64,000 bases of DNA from Candidatus Thermofontivivens primus (lineage in GTDB: Bacteria; Sysuimicrobiota; Sysuimicrobiia; Sysuimicrobiales; Thermofontiviventaceae), in contig JAVKJW010000006.1 of assembly GCA_031458695.1 (NCBI GenBank), forward strand, positions 35,785 through 99,784. Direction: 5' to 3'. The position numbers and the translations under genes were made by a program. The notes under the pieces are model-generated. The model ran no database searches. It saw only the letters and a list, made by a program, of their open reading frames with translations, and was not told where the DNA came from. Below, in pieces: positions 1 to 9,392 of this stretch; within the stretch, counting starts at the first letter, position 1, and each line of letters starts with the position of its first letter.

Positions 1-830
1 GGATACCCACGCCGACCTGGGATCTCCTCCCTGGCCGCGCCGATGGAACGGAGCGCCTCGCAGTAATTGGTCATATCGGTGAGGATGACCAGGACCTGCA
101 TATCTAGGTCGAAGGCGAGGTACTCCGCCACGGTCAGAGCGACGCGCGGGGTCATCAGCCGCTCAATGGCCGGGTCGTCAGCGAGGTTCAAGAAGAGAAC
201 GCTTCGGGTCAGCGCGCCAGTGGATTCAAACTGTTCGATGAAGAACGCTGCCTCTCGCTGGGTGATTCCCATGGCGGCGAAGACCACGGCGAATTGCTCC
301 GCTTCCCCGAGCACTTTTGCCTGCCGGGCGATTTGGGCAGCAATCTCATTCGCAGGAAGCCCGGCGCCAGAGAATATGGGCAGCTTCTGCCCACGCACGA
401 GGGTGTTCATCCCATCGATGGTGGAGATGCCCGTCTGGATGAATTCGGAAGGCTTCTCCCGCGCTGCCGGGTTGATGGGTGACCCGATCACTGGGAGGCG
501 CTTCTCCGGAATGATCGGTGGGAGCCCATCGATGGGCTCCCCGATCCCATTGAACCGACGGCCGATCATCTCACGGCTCACGCCAATGCGGGCAACGTCC
601 TCTCGCAGGCTTACCGAGGTCCTGGCCAGATCGAGCCCGCGCGTCTCTTCGAAGACCTGGATGACGGCGTACTGCTCGGAGACCTCGATCACCTGCCCCC
701 CACGGATTTCCCCGTCGGGTGTGTGGATGTTCACGATGGCCCCATAGGAGAGATCCCTTGCTCCTTCCACGAAGAGCAGGGGGCCCGAGATGTAGGTAAT
801 GCTCTGGTATCGCTTTGTCGCCAGCTCCAT
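1..830 (-). CDS. atpB: V/A-type ATP synthase subunit B (3' part outside window)
   Basis: Translated by hand from ATG at 830: [22 protein letters not shown]...[16 protein letters not shown]-like AGGAG/GGAGG upstream; follows subunit A. Confidence 0.93.
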   Translation of the reverse strand, partial: MELATKRYQSITYISGPLLFVEGARDLSYGAIVNIHTPDGEIRGGQVIEVSEQYAVIQVFEETRGLDLARTSVSLREDVARIGVSREMIGRRFNGIGEPIDGLPPIIPEKRLPVIGSPINPAAREKPSEFIQTGISTIDGMNTLVRGQKLPIFSGAGLPANEIAAQIARQAKVLGEAEQFAVVFAAMGITQREAAFFIEQFESTGALTRSVLFLNLADDPAIERLMTPRVALTVAEYLAFDLDMQVLVILTDMTNYCEALRSIGAAREEIPGRRGY

Positions 831-929
831 GATTCTCAGCCTCCACTCCTTCGAAGGGGACCGGGAACGCCAAAAGAAAGACGAGTGCCACGTCCCCCTG
901 GAAATGCGGATCTTCGCAGCTCCAGATGT

Positions 930-2681
930 TTATGCCACAGGTTTAGCCCCGAACGCTTCGGGCAGCTTTTTCAGGAAACCTTCAAGCCACTTCGTAAACT
1001 CCTCGGCAGGGAGCTCCTTCATCCTGGCGATTTCTTCAATCTGTGGAAGGTTGAGGATCTCGTCAATGAGCATGCCACGTTTGAGCGCCTCCATGGCGTG
1101 CGTGTGGAATGCCTGGATCGCCTTGAGCATCCCGTACGCCTTGCTCAACGTGCAGTAGCTGTCCACAGGGTGGAAGGCACTCTGCTGGAGGAAGTCCTCA
1201 CGGATCATCTTCCCAGCTTCAATGATCATCCGCTCCTCATCCTGGAGGGCATCAGGCCCTACGAGCTGGACGATCTCCTGGAGCTCTGCCTCTTTTTGTA
1301 GGATCCCCTGCGCCCAGTTGCGCAGGGCAGGGAAATCCTCGCTGACGTTCTTGCGGAACCACTCCTCCAGCCCCTCCTGGTAGAGGCTATAGCTCCGGTG
1401 CCAGTTGATGGCCGGGAAATGCCGACGGTACGCCAGGTTGGCGTCCAGGGCCCAAAATGTGCCCACGATGCGCAGGGTCGCCTGGGTTACAGGCTCAGAG
1501 AGGTCGCCGCCTGGCGGGGAGACAGCGCCGACGATGGTCACAGCGCCCACCCGTTCATCTCGGCCAAGGCAGACCGCCCGACCGGCACGCTCGTAAAACG
1601 CTGCTAGCCGAGCAGAGAGGTAAGGTGGATACCCTTCCTCGGCGGGCATCTCCTCAAGCCGGGAGCTGATCTCCCGCAAGGCCTCCGCCCACCTGCTTGT
1701 GGAGTCCGCCATCAAGGCAACTCTGTACCCCTGGTCCCGCCAATACTCCGCCATGGTCACGCCCGTGTAGATGCTTGCCTCCCTGGCGGCCACGGGCATG
1801 TTCGAGGTATTGGCCACGAGAATGGTCCGTTCCATGAGAGGCCTGCCTGTACGCGGGTCCTCCAGTTCGGGGAACTCGGTGAGGACGTCGGTCATCTCGT
1901 TGCCACGCTCTCCACAGCCCACATAGACGATGATGTCGGCATTGCTCCACTTCGAGAGCGTTTGCTGGACGACGGTCTTCCCGCTGCCGAAGGGCCCCGG
2001 GATCGCCGCGGTCCCTCCCATGGCCACAGGGAAGAGGACGTCCAAGATGCGCTGCCCGGTGATGAAAGGCTCCCTGGGCTCGAGCTTTCGCTTCACCGGC
2101 CGTGGAACGCGCACAGGCCAGCGGGAAAGCATGGTAAGCTCTGTGCCATCCTTGAGACGGCAGATCACGTCTACGACGGTGAATTCCCCTTCCCGGATCT
2201 CCGCGACCTCCCCGCCTCGCACGTTTGGAGGAACCATGATGCGATGTGTGAAGTGATACTCCTGGACTTCCCCGAGGATGTCCCCAGGACCCACGAAATC
2301 CCCAGGTTTCACCTTGGGAGTGAAGTACCACGTGCGCTCCCGGTCAAGGGGTTCCACCACAACTCCTCGGGCAACGAAGTCGCCTTTCAAGGACCGGATC
2401 TTCTCTAGCGGCCTCTGGATGCCATCATAGATGGTGGAAAGCATCCCGGGGCCCAGCTCCACGGTGAGCGGTTCACCTGTGGATACAACAGGCTCCCCCA
2501 CGAAGAGCCCAGAGGTGTCCTCGTATACCTGGATGAACGCAGTATCGCCCTCAAGGCGGATAATCTCCCCAATGAGTCCCTCGTGTCCCACCCGGACGAT
2601 ATCGTACATCTTCGCCCCAGCCAGACCCTTGGCGATCACCGCAGGTCCGCTGATCTTGAAAATCTTCCCCTCTCCTGCCAT
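930..2681 (-). CDS. atpA: V/A-type ATP synthase subunit A
   Basis: Walker [42 protein letters not shown]; 583 aa. Confidence 0.97.
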   Translation of the reverse strand: MAGEGKIFKISGPAVIAKGLAGAKMYDIVRVGHEGLIGEIIRLEGDTAFIQVYEDTSGLFVGEPVVSTGEPLTVELGPGMLSTIYDGIQRPLEKIRSLKGDFVARGVVVEPLDRERTWYFTPKVKPGDFVGPGDILGEVQEYHFTHRIMVPPNVRGGEVAEIREGEFTVVDVICRLKDGTELTMLSRWPVRVPRPVKRKLEPREPFITGQRILDVLFPVAMGGTAAIPGPFGSGKTVVQQTLSKWSNADIIVYVGCGERGNEMTDVLTEFPELEDPRTGRPLMERTILVANTSNMPVAAREASIYTGVTMAEYWRDQGYRVALMADSTSRWAEALREISSRLEEMPAEEGYPPYLSARLAAFYERAGRAVCLGRDERVGAVTIVGAVSPPGGDLSEPVTQATLRIVGTFWALDANLAYRRHFPAINWHRSYSLYQEGLEEWFRKNVSEDFPALRNWAQGILQKEAELQEIVQLVGPDALQDEERMIIEAGKMIREDFLQQSAFHPVDSYCTLSKAYGMLKAIQAFHTHAMEALKRGMLIDEILNLPQIEEIARMKELPAEEFTKWLEGFLKKLPEAFGAKPVA

Positions 2682-2720
2682 CCTCCTGCTCCCTCCTCCA
2701 TCTCAGCCGGCAAGCATCTC

Positions 2721-2750
2721 AACGTAGCTTAACGTAGCTTAACGTAGCTT
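2721..2750. repeat. Perfect 3x 10-bp tandem repeat AACGTAGCTT spanning the subunit F stop codon
   Basis: Read directly at 2721-2730, 2731-2740 and 2741-2750. Confidence 0.95.
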
Positions 2751-3056
2751 CACGTAGTACCCTATATGCTCCTTCACGAGGCGGGCGATGTAATCTTCTC
2801 CACTCTCCACCTTTGCCTGGGGTGCCGGAATCTGGATGATGATGGGAAGGTCCCTCTCGCGCATCTCCCGCCGCAGATCCTCCTCAATGGAATCGAGGAG
2901 GGCCTCGTTAATGGCGATGACCCCGTAATCCAATGAGATCAACAGCCTGAGAGCCTCCAGAGCGGCTTGGGGAGAGGTTGCCTCCCGCACCTCCACCCCT
3001 GCCAGGCGGAAACCCGTGGCTGTCTCGGGATCTGTCACGATCGCAACCCGGTACAA
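2739..3056 (-). CDS. atpF: V/A-type ATP synthase subunit F
   Basis: VTDPETATGFRLAGV motif, 105 aa, operon position. Confidence 0.93.
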   Translation of the reverse strand: MYRVAIVTDPETATGFRLAGVEVREATSPQAALEALRLLISLDYGVIAINEALLDSIEEDLRREMRERDLPIIIQIPAPQAKVESGEDYIARLVKEHIGYYVKLR

Positions 3057-3071
3057 AGGCCCTCCCCTTCC

Positions 3072-4103
3072 CTATACCAGAACCATCTCGCGCCTCACAC
3101 GTTCCCGCGAGAGGCCCAGGAGCTTACTTCTTGCAATGAGTCGGAGGTTGACAATTTCATTATACTTCATGGCCAGATACCCGATCACGACATCGATCCC
3201 CAATGGGTCCCCAAGGTAAAGCGAGGAGATCTCCCGAGAAAAGAAGCGGTCCAGCGCCTTCTCTACCTCCAGGAGGTCGCTTGAAGGGGGGAACTCGGGA
3301 AACCCCCGGAGACGCAGCGCACGTCTTCCCTGTGCCTCCCTATGCGGATCAGCGAGGTCGAGGAAGAGGTCCTCGGTCACGACCTGCCCGCCAGGGATGA
3401 AGTAGCGCCGCTTCTCCTCCGGTGGCTCGTTCACTCGCTGTGCCTTGAGCGCCGTCTTCACGTTCGTGAGATCGATCTCCAGCTGCAGGACCATACGCAG
3501 GACCTGTTCGTTGTGACCCTTGCCTGAAGCAACCCGCAGGACATGGGCAGCATAGGCCCTGTCCAGGCGGAGCTCCAGGGAGAGGAGATCCCCCGTCCTG
3601 GCGTATTCCTCTGCCCCCTCTAGCAAGGGGGCTGCCAGGGGATGCTCCCAGAGCCCGAGGACGCCTGCCATGGCCCGGACGTCTGGCTGTTCTGCGAGGT
3701 CCTTGAGTGTCACCTCGCTCAGCTCCCCTGCGGGGAGGAGGGTTCCCAGGATCTCCTCAGGAGGCCGCCCACTATGCTTTCCGCGAAGGATTGACCGAAT
3801 GTTCGCTAAGTCCCACCTAAGGAGGATGGTCTGGATCCACCTCTTCGGTCGGCCGTCGGCGAATCCCAGGATGGTCCGTGTGGTCTGGAAGAAGTTCCGA
3901 GAGAGCGCCTCATCGATGGCCCGGATCCCTGTGTATCGCGAAAGTGCCTCTTCCAGGTCGCGGGCATAAGGCGTGTTCATCAGGACCTGCATCATCCCCT
4001 CGATGTCAGGGACGTTCAGCATCTCCTCGAGCTGGCCCGGGCTCAGCAGACGGCTCCGCATCCCCTTGACCCTGGCATTGATGTAGCCGAGATCTGCGGG
4101 CAT
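3072..4103 (-). CDS. atpC: V/A-type ATP synthase subunit C (d)
   Basis: YINARVKGMRSRLL at the N-terminus, EIVNLRLIA at the C-terminus. Start placed at ATG 4103 after a GGTGGTGA SD. Confidence 0.9.
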   Translation of the reverse strand: MPADLGYINARVKGMRSRLLSPGQLEEMLNVPDIEGMMQVLMNTPYARDLEEALSRYTGIRAIDEALSRNFFQTTRTILGFADGRPKRWIQTILLRWDLANIRSILRGKHSGRPPEEILGTLLPAGELSEVTLKDLAEQPDVRAMAGVLGLWEHPLAAPLLEGAEEYARTGDLLSLELRLDRAYAAHVLRVASGKGHNEQVLRMVLQLEIDLTNVKTALKAQRVNEPPEEKRRYFIPGGQVVTEDLFLDLADPHREAQGRRALRLRGFPEFPPSSDLLEVEKALDRFFSREISSLYLGDPLGIDVVIGYLAMKYNEIVNLRLIARSKLLGLSRERVRREMVLV

Positions 4104-4188
4104 CGACTCACCACCTGAGGGCATTATGCCGCGCCGCCACCATCATCTCTGCGGCGGAAGCAGGGGGAGGAACTCTGTTGGTCACGTA

Positions 4189-4773
4189 TCAACCCCAGAG
4201 AATCCGAGCGATCTCTGCAGTCAGCAACGGCTTGGCCCTCTCCAACCGAGACCCCAGGGTGTTCTCCACAACAAAACGGCCTCCTCCAGAGAGCACCCGC
4301 ACACCGTGGCGCACTTGCTCGTTCGTGCGGATCTCCGCATCGAGAGCCAGCTCAGCAGCGATCTCCCTGGCCAGGGCCTCATCCTGCTCCGCCACTTCGA
4401 CAATCAGGTGACCAGAGGAACCCCCAATGGCCTCCTGGAGGAGGGAACGGAGCATGCCCCGGTACGCCTCCCTATCCCGGAGGAGGCTTTGGAGCTCCTC
4501 CTCCGCGGTGCGGAAGACCTCCTCGATGGCACGGTCCTTCGCCTGGAGGATCAGAGAGGAGGCCTGAAGTGTAGCCGTACTCCTTGCCCTCACCCGCGCA
4601 AGGGAGAGCTCCTCTTCGAGGCGCTTCTGGTGCTCAGCCCGGAGGCGTGCTGCTTCCTCTCGTGCTCTGGAGAGGATCTCCTCGGCCTGCTGCCTGGCCT
4701 CGCCAAGGATCCGCTCCCGCTCAGCTTGCGCTTCGACCTCCAGTAGGCGAATCAACTCTGAATCCATACCCAT
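4189..4773 (-). CDS. atpE: V/A-type ATP synthase subunit E
   Basis: Charged coiled coil followed by VENTLGSRLE; operon position. Start is 4773 or 4767. Confidence 0.88.
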   Translation of the reverse strand: MGMDSELIRLLEVEAQAERERILGEARQQAEEILSRAREEAARLRAEHQKRLEEELSLARVRARSTATLQASSLILQAKDRAIEEVFRTAEEELQSLLRDREAYRGMLRSLLQEAIGGSSGHLIVEVAEQDEALAREIAAELALDAEIRTNEQVRHGVRVLSGGGRFVVENTLGSRLERAKPLLTAEIARILWG

Positions 4774-4924
4774 CGCAATAGCCCTCACCTCGGAGGAGAC
4801 GACCCGCTGCTCTGGAAAGGCTGAAGTACCCATCTTCATTGGAGATCCCGACGGTCCCAAGAGAACTCCTCCCAGAGTCCCAGGGGATATCCGGGTCCTC
4901 GGCCCCCCTGGATCCCCGGTGAAC

Positions 4925-5245
4925 CTAGATCTTACCCAGGATGAAGAACGCGACCAAGAAGCCGAGGATGATCATTGTCTCCGGAAGGGCGAGGAAAACT
5001 AGCATCAGACCCCCAATCTCCGGACGCTCTGCCATAGCTCCTGCAGCAGCCGAACCGATCCGGGACTGGGCCCAGGCGGTCCCCAGGGCACCAAAGGCCA
5101 GTGCAAGGGCGGCGGCAAGCCCAAGCAAACCTACTGTGGCTCCGCTCACTCGGGGGGCAGGCGCCTCCTCCTGGGCAAATGCCAAGGGAACCATTACAAG
5201 CATCACGACCCCGACGATCCAGAGGACGGTCAGGATTCTCCTCAC
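4925..5245 (-). CDS. atpK: V/A-type ATP synthase proteolipid subunit K/c with N-terminal leader
   Basis: AQSRIGSAAAGAMAERPE and LPET (carboxylate). GTG at 5245 follows AGGAGG. Confidence 0.92.
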   Translation of the reverse strand: MRRILTVLWIVGVVMLVMVPLAFAQEEAPAPRVSGATVGLLGLAAALALAFGALGTAWAQSRIGSAAAGAMAERPEIGGLMLVFLALPETMIILGFLVAFFILGKI

Positions 5246-5246
5246 T

Positions 5247-7187
5247 TCACTCACCTCCTACCTTGTGGAATGGTTGATAGGGCCGACCCGTCTCCTCATG
5301 GTATTTGAATTTCGTCAGAAACTCTACCCAGTGCAGACGGGCAGGCTGGATCACATGCCCGAAGATGGTGAGGACGAAGAAGATGGTGTGGAAGACCGCT
5401 GCAATGAATACCCCAGTGATCGCCCCGAGGGCGCCTGCCCTCTGCCCAAGCTGGTTGGCCGTGTTGGCGAGTAGGGCAGCGGCGAGACCGAAGGCCAAAA
5501 GCCGGGCGTGAGAGAGGATATGGCCAAAGCTCGTGAAGCTTTCCAGGATCCACATCATGCTTCCCGCCTTTCGCGACAGGCCTGCTACCACGAGCGTCGC
5601 CAAGCCCGCGAGGAGACCCGGGCGCATCATGGAAGGCGGGAGCATCCCCCCCATAGTCCCCAGCACCAGGAGGAGTGCCGTAACGCCTAGGATCATGGTG
5701 AGAGATTCAAAGATCCCTGTGGTATGACGGTGGCGGATGGCGAGGAACAGGTGAATGACCAGCCCGAGGTAGATCATGACGACCCCAACAAGGATGATGA
5801 GGAGGAAGTAGGTGGTCGTCTCCTCCACTCGGTTGAAGAAGGGCCGGTAGTGAAAGAGCAACTCCGGAAGGTTTCCGAAGAGCTCCCCGTAGACTGCCCC
5901 GAAGGCAATGATCCATACCGCGCAGGTCCGGACGAGGAAAGAGATATCCCCAACGAGCTGCGCAGGGAGGTGGAGATTGAGAAATCCAATGTCCAGGGGC
6001 ACCCCGGCTCTGGCCCGGTTCCGCAACCACCACCCCAGGAGGAAGACGAGGAGGCCGTACCCCACGTCACCGATGACGAGGCCAATGAAAACAGGGAAGG
6101 TAATGGCGAACACTGGGCTTGGATCCCAGAATCCGTAGCGGGGAGGACGGAACAACGCTAGGAGCCGCTGGAAGGGCCTGATGAAGGGAGGATTGTCCAG
6201 AAGCACGGGGACTTCCTCTGCCTCTTCCTCCCCAGCAGGTTCGTCGTAGATGACGAGGTCGGATCCAAAAGCTTTCCCCAGAGCGGCCCGAAGGCGCGGG
6301 AGGAGATGGGAAGGAGCCCAGCCGTGGATGAGGAAGGTGAACCGGGTCTGGGCGAAGTTCGGGAGGACACGGAGCTGGGCCAGGCGATCCTGGATCAGAG
6401 CACGCGCTGCGAGCAACATCCCCCGATACTCCTCAGCAAGCCGCCTGAGCCCCTCTTGAGCCTCCTGGATGACCTGCGGGAGCTCCCCCTTCCGCCTCTC
6501 CATGATCTCGATGGCCTCCTGGGCAGGCACGTTGGCGAAGCGGGCAGGGAGTCGCAACTCGCTGATCCCCATCTTCCCTAGGAGAGAACGCACCGCCTCG
6601 GCGTCGCGGCGGTGGAAGGCAACCACAACGCCCAGCTTATCCTCCTCCACGAAACGGCTCTGGACCTCCACGCGCCCTTCGGTGACCTTGACGAGCTCAT
6701 TGCGCAGCGCGGTAAGCACGCCGAGATCCCGCCCCTTCAGGATGAATCCCACGCTCTCCAAGTGACGGCTTCCAGAGAGTGTATCGAGCAAGGGGGAGAG
6801 TACGCGGACAGCACCTTCATAGGCGGCGATAAGCTCCAGTTCCTCCTCAGCTTCGAGGCGCCTCCGGGTGAAATCCCGGGCTTCCCCCTCCACCTTATCC
6901 AGAAGCTGTGAAAGGTCTTCCATCCCAAGCCCTCCGATTTCCCGCGCGGGGGCCGTGTGGCCAACTGGAGGAAGCAGGGAGAGCAACCCCTCCACTCGCG
7001 CGAGCAACCTCTCCAGGGCGGCCTGTTCTTTCCCCTCCTCTTCCCCAAGGGCCAGAGGAGTCAGGGCAACTTCCTCTGCCTCAATTCGGTCGATATGGAG
7101 GATCCCAAGGCGCTGGATCTCATCCACCACCGCGCCCAGGAGGCGCTTGGGTCCTAACACGAGGACACGGCTCATCGCCACGATCAT
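5247..7187 (-). CDS. atpI: V/A-type ATP synthase subunit I (a)
   Basis: Soluble N-terminus, GDVGYG, ILSHARLLA (essential Arg), RLHWVEF. Confidence 0.95.
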   Translation of the reverse strand: MIVAMSRVLVLGPKRLLGAVVDEIQRLGILHIDRIEAEEVALTPLALGEEEGKEQAALERLLARVEGLLSLLPPVGHTAPAREIGGLGMEDLSQLLDKVEGEARDFTRRRLEAEEELELIAAYEGAVRVLSPLLDTLSGSRHLESVGFILKGRDLGVLTALRNELVKVTEGRVEVQSRFVEEDKLGVVVAFHRRDAEAVRSLLGKMGISELRLPARFANVPAQEAIEIMERRKGELPQVIQEAQEGLRRLAEEYRGMLLAARALIQDRLAQLRVLPNFAQTRFTFLIHGWAPSHLLPRLRAALGKAFGSDLVIYDEPAGEEEAEEVPVLLDNPPFIRPFQRLLALFRPPRYGFWDPSPVFAITFPVFIGLVIGDVGYGLLVFLLGWWLRNRARAGVPLDIGFLNLHLPAQLVGDISFLVRTCAVWIIAFGAVYGELFGNLPELLFHYRPFFNRVEETTTYFLLIILVGVVMIYLGLVIHLFLAIRHRHTTGIFESLTMILGVTALLLVLGTMGGMLPPSMMRPGLLAGLATLVVAGLSRKAGSMMWILESFTSFGHILSHARLLAFGLAAALLANTANQLGQRAGALGAITGVFIAAVFHTIFFVLTIFGHVIQPARLHWVEFLTKFKYHEETGRPYQPFHKVGGE

Positions 7188-7588
7188 CGCCTGAGCCCTC
7201 CCAAAATTCGCTCCACCACCATAGCGACCGCTTCGGCGAACCGCTCCTTCGCTCGCGCCTCAATCGCCTCGGCTTCTGCTCTAGCTTTGCTGAGGATCTC
7301 CTCTGTAATCGCCTGGCTCTCTCGCTGCGCCCTCTCTGCATACTCCCGTTCCAGACGCTGAAGCTCCTCACGCGTTTGGGCGAGGAGCGACTCCGCCTGT
7401 CGCCTAGCTTCCTCTACGATGCGCTGCGCCTCCTCCCGCGTCTGGGCGAGGAGCTGCTCAAGCTCTTGCTCCTTCTCCCGAAGGAGCTTGAAGACATCGA
7501 CATGTTCTCGTCTTTCCCGGTGCTCTGCCATGGCCCGTTCCAGCGGAACCCCGGCAAACGTCCACGCGCTCCTGCCGGGATGTCCCAT
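7184..7588 (-). CDS. V/A-type ATP synthase subunit G/H (peripheral stalk)
   Basis: E/R/A-rich coiled coil, first gene of the operon, overlaps the subunit I start. Start is 7588 or 7531. Confidence 0.8.
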   Translation of the reverse strand: MGHPGRSAWTFAGVPLERAMAEHRERREHVDVFKLLREKEQELEQLLAQTREEAQRIVEEARRQAESLLAQTREELQRLEREYAERAQRESQAITEEILSKARAEAEAIEARAKERFAEAVAMVVERILGGLRR

Positions 7589-7716
7589 ATCTCCTCTTGA
7601 GTTTCAGGGGTCTCCAACAAAATCTTGCCAACGATCTTGCTGGGGGATACTTCCCCAGGTCCCAGCAAAATTTTCCAGAAGATTTGTTGAAGTTCCTTAC
7701 CTACGCAACAGCCTAC

Positions 7717-7745
7717 ATCATAGCAAAGCCCTGCACAACCGTCAA
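7717..7745 (-). promoter_or_regulatory. Sigma70-type promoter of the V-ATPase operon
   Basis: Minus strand TTGACG (7745-7740), 17 bp, TATGAT (7722-7717), with extended -10 TG. Confidence 0.75.
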
Positions 7746-7775
7746 TTTTCCATCCCCCGGTTTTCCATCCCCCGG
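7746..7775. repeat. Perfect 2x 15-bp tandem repeat TTTTCCATCCCCCGG abutting the -35 box
   Basis: Copies at 7746-7760 and 7761-7775. Confidence 0.9.
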
Positions 7776-7858
7776 CTCGTCCGGTCCCAACTCCCCACGG
7801 CATGCTTCCGCAGGTACGAAATTCAGGGGTGCGGAACCTGGATATCCTCTAGGAAGCT

Positions 7859-9310
7859 CTACAGGCGCGCTGTGTACATTACGGCTAGATGCGCGAGCTT
7901 CACGAAAGGCTCGGGGTAAACTCCGATGATCAGCGTACCTACCATGGTCACGGCCAAGGCTGTTCGGAGGATCCGTGGTTCGCGGATCGCTGTCTCCTCT
8001 GGAGGCGGCAGGAGGTACATCGCCCGGATCACTCCGACGTAGTAATACAGGGAGATCACGCTGTTGGCAATAGCCACCGCTGCAAGCCACAGAAGGCCTC
8101 GTTCGATGGCGCTCGCCAGGAGATAAAACTTCCCTAAGAAGACAGCTGTTGGTGGGATCCCCGTCAGAGAGAGCATGAACAGCGCCATGGCGAAGGCGCT
8201 CACAGGAGCTCGCCGGGCCAGACCAGCAAAGTCCGGGATCTCCTCGGAGCCAATGGTTGTGGAGATCACCATTGCCACAAAGAACGCGCCCAAGTTGGTG
8301 AACATATAGGCGAGAAGGTAGATGAGCACAGCAGGATTGCTGAACGTCGCTCCGAATGCAGCAACCCCAATGAGGATGAACCCGGCGTGGGAGATACTGG
8401 AGTAGGCAAGCATGCGCTTGATGTTCCGCTGGGGAAGGGCCAGGAGGTTCCCGACCGTCATCGTAATGGCAGAGAGGACGGCGATGAGAATCGCCCAGTC
8501 GATCCCAGAAGGGTGGATGCTCACAAACAAGGTACGCAGGAAGGCAGCGAACCCAGCGGCTTTGGAGCCCACGGAGAGATACGCCGCTACAGGAGTGGGC
8601 GCGCCCTGGTAGATGTCCGGGGTCCATTGGTGGAAGGGGACCATGGAGATTTTGAACCCGAACCCTGCCAGGGACATGGCCAGGGCGACAAAAACCACCA
8701 GGGGATCGGCCTGCCGGATCCTCTCGGCGATGACGTAGAGGTTCGTGGATCCGGTGAGCCCGTAGAGCAGGGAGAAGCCATAGAGCATTACAGCAGAGGC
8801 AGCGGCTCCGAAGAGGAAGTACTTGATCCCTGCCTCGTTACTCTTCGGATCCGCCTTGAGGAACCCCGCCATGACGTAGGAGGTAAGGCTGACGAACTCG
8901 ATGCTCAAGACGAGGAGGATGAGGTCGGCGCTACCAGCCATCAGCACCATCCCTAGGGCCATAAAGACATAAAGGGCAACCATCTCCCCGAGAAAAGGAG
9001 TGATGAACGGGGTCCCGGGACGGAAGTAATCCAGCGAGGTGAGAATCACCAGGATCGTTGCCCCAATCACGAGGAGCTTGAAGAATGTGGCGAACCCGTC
9101 CACCACATAGGAGTCGTAGACGACGGTACGGGGAGTCCACGAGAGCATCGCGACGGTAGGAATGAGGGTTAGTAAGAGCCCGGCGATGGCGATCCACCCT
9201 GTCACCGATTTCCTCTCTTGAGGGAGGAACAGGTCAACCAGCAAGATCAGGAGCCCGAGTCCTGTCAGGTAAAGTTCCGGGATGAGCGACCAAAGGTCCG
9301 TCACATTCAT
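7859..9310 (-). CDS. nuoN: NADH-quinone oxidoreductase subunit N
   Basis: SNEAGIKYF, FKISMVPFHQWTPDIYQGAPTP, KRMLAYSSISHAG. Confidence 0.95.
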   Translation of the reverse strand: MNVTDLWSLIPELYLTGLGLLILLVDLFLPQERKSVTGWIAIAGLLLTLIPTVAMLSWTPRTVVYDSYVVDGFATFFKLLVIGATILVILTSLDYFRPGTPFITPFLGEMVALYVFMALGMVLMAGSADLILLVLSIEFVSLTSYVMAGFLKADPKSNEAGIKYFLFGAAASAVMLYGFSLLYGLTGSTNLYVIAERIRQADPLVVFVALAMSLAGFGFKISMVPFHQWTPDIYQGAPTPVAAYLSVGSKAAGFAAFLRTLFVSIHPSGIDWAILIAVLSAITMTVGNLLALPQRNIKRMLAYSSISHAGFILIGVAAFGATFSNPAVLIYLLAYMFTNLGAFFVAMVISTTIGSEEIPDFAGLARRAPVSAFAMALFMLSLTGIPPTAVFLGKFYLLASAIERGLLWLAAVAIANSVISLYYYVGVIRAMYLLPPPEETAIREPRILRTALAVTMVGTLIIGVYPEPFVKLAHLAVMYTARL

Positions 9311-9392
9311 GGCAATCCCCGCCTATTCTGGACAGCTCGACGCAAGGTTCTCTTCCCTGCCAACTTGCTCACGTTCACACGTTTCCGCCAGG

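Noticed and set aside
2721..7775. Short tandem repeats as a CRISPR array
   Set aside because: Units are 10 and 15 bp, directly adjacent with no spacers, and there are no cas genes.
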